Positions 50,921-54,942 of a stretch of 54,942 nucleotides of DNA are shown here, in pieces. The stretch spans positions 16,009,769-16,064,710 of the forward strand of contig NC_068985.1 of NCBI RefSeq assembly GCF_001194135.2, in the 5' to 3' direction. This DNA comes from Octopus bimaculoides (Eukaryota). The position numbers and the translations under genes are program-made. A model generated the notes under the pieces. The model was not told where the DNA came from. It made no database searches and was given only the letters and a program-made list of their open reading frames with translations. Position 1 is the first letter of the stretch. Each line of letters begins with the position of its first letter.

Positions 50921-51223
50921 GAGCCCCAGAAATCATAAGGCCGGTTGCTCGGTTTCCGTGGTCTATAAATGATCGAGATCGTAACATTCCTTGCTAAACG
51001 GGACGCCGGTCCGTTCCATGGTTCAATGCCAACAATTTTGAGGGGAGGGGACAAATCGATTACATCGACCCCAGCAATTGGCTGGCATTTTATTTTATGA
51101 ACCCAGAAGAGAAGAAAGATAAAGTCGACACCGTTGGGATACGAACTCACAACATGAAGAACCAAAGAAAAGTCGTTAAGTAATTAATCCGACGGGTTAA
51201 CGCTTCTGCCAGTTCATCACCTT
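50921..51223 (-). mobile_element. 3' part of the 8409-type SINE (50921-51023) adjoining an old family B copy (51024-51223)
   Basis: Reverse complement GGAATGTTACGATC ... GGAAACCG...CCTTATGA parallels 8585-8645; the B copy has ATCGATTACATCGACCCCAG and TCTGCCAGTTCATCACC. Confidence 0.7.
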
Positions 51224-51978
51224 AAAAGACGTTGAGTACAACAATGAAAATAGAAGTGCGCGAGTCCCATTATTTACTATTTTTCAAACATTTCTTTTTT
51301 TTTTTTTTCAAAAATCCATTTATATAAATATTGTGTACTTTTTTTTCTGTTTTAAGACGACACCTGTAGATAAGTAAGTAAAAAGAACTCGAAACGGTTG
51401 AACTACTATATATATATATAATGTTGTATATCTTATATTTGTGTATATTTGTGTGTGTGTGCGCGTGTGCTTTTGTGTGTGTGTGTGAGAGAGAGAGAGT
51501 GTATTTGTGTGCGTGTACATGTGTGTGTGTGTATGTGTGTTTCCCCATTCTTTTTTTTTTAAATATGCATCATTCTTTCAGTACAACTGTTTCTAGTTCG
51601 CCTTACTTATATCCAGGTGTCAAATTTAAAATTACAAAGTAGTACACAATATTCATATTAATCAAATTATGAAAAAAATATTTGAAGTAGTCGGGAAAAA
51701 AAATGGAAACAATCGCCTTGAGGAATATTATTCAGCGTCAATTTTTTAACGGTTCAACAGTTCTCTTTATATGAGAAATATTGATTTTCATAAGGTGGAA
51801 ATAAAGATATTGAGGCGACAAATCTAAGAATAACAAAATATAACTGCATTTAAAGATTCTGATATCAAGTTCGAATAGTGAATCGACAAACAAATATGAT
51901 AGATATGTTCCTATACATGAATGTTCATGCCAGTTTATACCGAGTCGGTAAAACATCGTTACGACTACAGAAACGGTT

Positions 51979-52421
51979 ATTCCTTTATTCTTTTATTCTT
52001 TTATTCTTTTACTTGTTTCAGTTATTTGACTGTAGCCATGCTGGAGCACTGCCGTTAGTCGAACAAATCGACTCCAGGGCTTATTCGTTGTAAGCCTAGT
52101 ATTTATACTATCGTTTTCTTTTGTCGAACCTCTACGCTACGAGGACGTAAACACACCAACATCAGTTGTCAAGCGATGGGCGGACGCACAAACACAAAAA
52201 CACAAATACACACGCACACACACACACACACAAACACACACAAACACATACACACACACATATACAACGGGCTTTCCGTCTATCAAATCCACTCACAAGG
52301 CTTTGGTCGGCTCGAGGCTATAGTAGAAGACACTTGCCCAAGGTGCCACGCAGTAGGACTGAATCAGGAACCATGTGGTTGGGAAGCAAGCTCCCTACCA
52401 CACAGCCACTCCTGCGCCTAT
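51979..52421 (-). mobile_element. Full-length SINE family A
   Basis: Colinear with 35372-35790; (TTCTTTTA)n tail. Confidence 0.92.
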
Positions 52422-53038
52422 TTAGCTTTTTCATTTAAATACACCAACAAAACAGGACAACAATATATGAATAATGATTAATCTCTAAAAGCTAAACAAC
52501 TTAATACAATGTTTTCTTTAGTTTCTTTATTGATGAGCTACTTTTTTTATATCTTCATATTGTATTGTAACAAGCAATACTAAGAGTGTTGTGTGGCTAG
52601 TTTAACCACAGTTCATCAGATTCAAAACTTTTTTCATACTCCAACTGTCTTTCGTGTGAAGCTAAGCACGGAAATATCTACACGCAATTATTTATAGCCT
52701 ATCGTCGATTTATATATATTCCACCCGATGAAGCGCCTGCACACAGCTGTAGCTAAAAAATATTCAACTGTATAATAATTATAAAAAATAGTCTTCCTTA
52801 ATTGTATATGAATATAAACTGAGCAACTTAAATCTTGTGTGCAGTGCAGAAATAAATGTTGTGATCTACTATTAAAGCCTAATATCCTCCACCCACATAT
52901 TATATTGTTCTTACACACATACACACATATATATATATAATTGATGAAGGAAACGGAAGATGGATTTAGCACGAACCTTTATTCGGCACGACAATCGTTT
53001 CGACCCATCCTGCATCTGTTCCATGGGGGTAGGATATT

Positions 53039-53253
53039 CTTTTCTACTCTAGGCACAAGGTTCGAAATTTTGGGGGAGGGGGGGCCAGGGGGGCAGTCGA
53101 TTAGATCGCAACTGGTACTTAATTTATCGACCTCGAAAGGATGAAAAGCAAAGTCGACCTCGGCGGAATTTGAACTCAGAACATAAAGACAGGCGAAACA
53201 CCGCTAAGCATTTTGCCCAGCGTGCTAACGTTTCTGCCAGTTCGCTCGCCTTC
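53039..53253 (-). mobile_element. SINE family B, tail type 2, with 18-bp TSD
   Basis: CCATGGGGGTAGGATATT at 53021-53038 and 53254-53271. Confidence 0.93.
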
Positions 53254-53361
53254 CCATGGGGGTAGGATATTGCGTATCTAATTGTGTTGCACCAATCAGT
53301 GCAGGCTGTGTCACTTCAGGTGCTTGGTGTAAAAACAAGATATCCTAGTAGATATACTAGT

Positions 53362-53761
53362 GGTTGGCTGGCTGGTTCGTTGGCACTCCGTCGGTTACGA
53401 CGACGAAGGTTCCAGTTGATCCGATCAACGGAACAGCCTGCTCGTGAAATTAACATGCAAGTGGCTGAGCACTCCACAGACACGTGTACCCTTAACGTAG
53501 TTCTCGGGGAGATTCAGTGTGACACAGAGTGTGACAAGGCTGACCCTTTGAAATACAGGTACAACAGAAATAGGAAGAAAGAGTGAGAGAAAGTTGTGGT
53601 GAAAGAGTACAGCAGGGTTCGCCACCATCCCCTGCTGGAGCCTCGAGGAGCTTTAGGTGTTTTCGCTCAATAAACACTCACAATGCGCGGTGTGGGAATC
53701 GAAACCGCGATCCTACGACCCCGAGTCCGCTGCCCTAACCACTGGGCCATTGCGCCTCCAC
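53362..53761 (-). mobile_element. Full-length SINE family C with 12-bp TSD and (A(A/G)CC)n tail
   Basis: AGATATACTAGT (53350-53361) and AGATATACTGGT (53762-53773); colinear with 12243-12627. Confidence 0.93.
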
Positions 53762-54671
53762 AGATATACTGGTATATATACTAGCACACAACTAGATGCA
53801 CAATATTCTATTCCCATGGGGGAGAAGCAGGAGGGGTCGAAACGATCGCCGTGCTGATTAAATATTCGTACTAAATCCATCTTCTGTTTCCTTCATCAAT
53901 TATAAACTCAACAAACACTGCAGACTTCCTGAAGCTGACCCAGTGAGAATTATATCGTAACTGTGAATGACATCAGATAGCCTAAACGGTGAATGCGCTT
54001 TAATCGGCATATTGATAGACATACAGAAAATCCAGTCCAAGTAGTTACATATCTATATCTGTGTGTGTCTGTGTGTGTGTATGCATGTGTTGGAGGTGGG
54101 GGCGGGGGTCTCTGTATTTATGCATATGTGTGTATACACACATACTTATTGTAATATATTCGTCAACCTGAGGTTATGATGAAGAAAAATCAATCAATAT
54201 GCTGTGCAATAGGATTGAGCTCTCAACAACGCGGTTACGAAGTGAAAATCTTAACCACAAAAGTAATACCTATTTGATATAGGTTGCAAATATATACTGT
54301 ATTATGACAGCAAGTGTGTTTGAAAATACAGTTTATAATTAAACTAGTAATCGAATATCAATAAAACACCGATCATAGCTAATAAATTGGTTATTAATCG
54401 ATCCGACTACAGAAAGAGGTTATTAAGTGTATTTAGTTCATTAAAAATCTTAGCGTGCTAAACTTCACATGAAAAACAGTTGTGCTAGGAAAATTATTGA
54501 ATCTCATAAACTGTGGTTAAAATTCGCAACATGACATTTGGTATTCATTTGTTGGTATTTACCCCAGACCAGATGTGATCAAGTACACACATGCACACAC
54601 GCTCATACACACACACGCACACACACGCGCACACACATAAGTATATGTATGAATGCATAAAATAAATACAT

Positions 54672-54707
<36 letters not shown>

Positions 54708-54942
54708 ATTTTGTTTAAAAGAGTTCCAACACTGTCTGTTTTTTTATGTTTTATTTATATTCCTGCAGAACCAATGTGGGGTATAGAATATGGAATATAC
54801 AATATATAATATAATATACAATATATAATATAAAATAAAATAAAATAAAAATGGATGGCACCATGAAATAAAGTATTGAATGTAGATGAAATATTGAGTG
54901 TTCAATATAAAGGATCAAATATATAAATATAAATATAAATAT

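Larger units (their letters stand above)
52935..53904. mobile_element. Fold-back element with ~125-bp inverted arms carrying two nested SINEs
   Basis: Left arm 52935-53038 plus 53272-53291; right arm ~53782-53904 (TATAATTGATGAAGGAAAC.GAAGATGGATTTAG vs CTAAATCCATCTTC.GTTTCCTTCATCAATTATA). Confidence 0.85.

Overview
AT-rich, microsatellite-dense animal genomic DNA from a gappy draft scaffold (18 N-gaps, roughly 8 kb). The dispersed repeats look like the abundant octopus SINE families, so the source is probably Octopus (inference from family recognition, no search run). I found no intact host gene or convincing coding exon; the window reads as intronic or intergenic. Contents: (1) several tRNA-headed SINE families in many copies, some nested and with clear TSDs; (2) decayed autonomous elements: two CR1-type LINE ORF2 pieces, two RLE-clade (R4/Dong-like) non-LTR remnants, RTE-like pieces, a mariner 3' end and a ~1.6 kb Chapaev-3-like transposase pseudogene; (3) two TA-flanked Tc1/mariner MITEs; (4) several fold-back elements with outward-pointing inverted arms. 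The most interesting object is at 573-1175: a TSD-flanked composite of a tRNA-like Pol III head, an (ACT)n(AAT)n tract and two inverted terminal arms, each carrying a minimal hammerhead ribozyme core. It is a candidate Penelope-mobilised, ribozyme-bearing SINE. Similar architecture recurs at 10125-10406 and 52935-53904, and a decayed hammerhead core sits near 49674.
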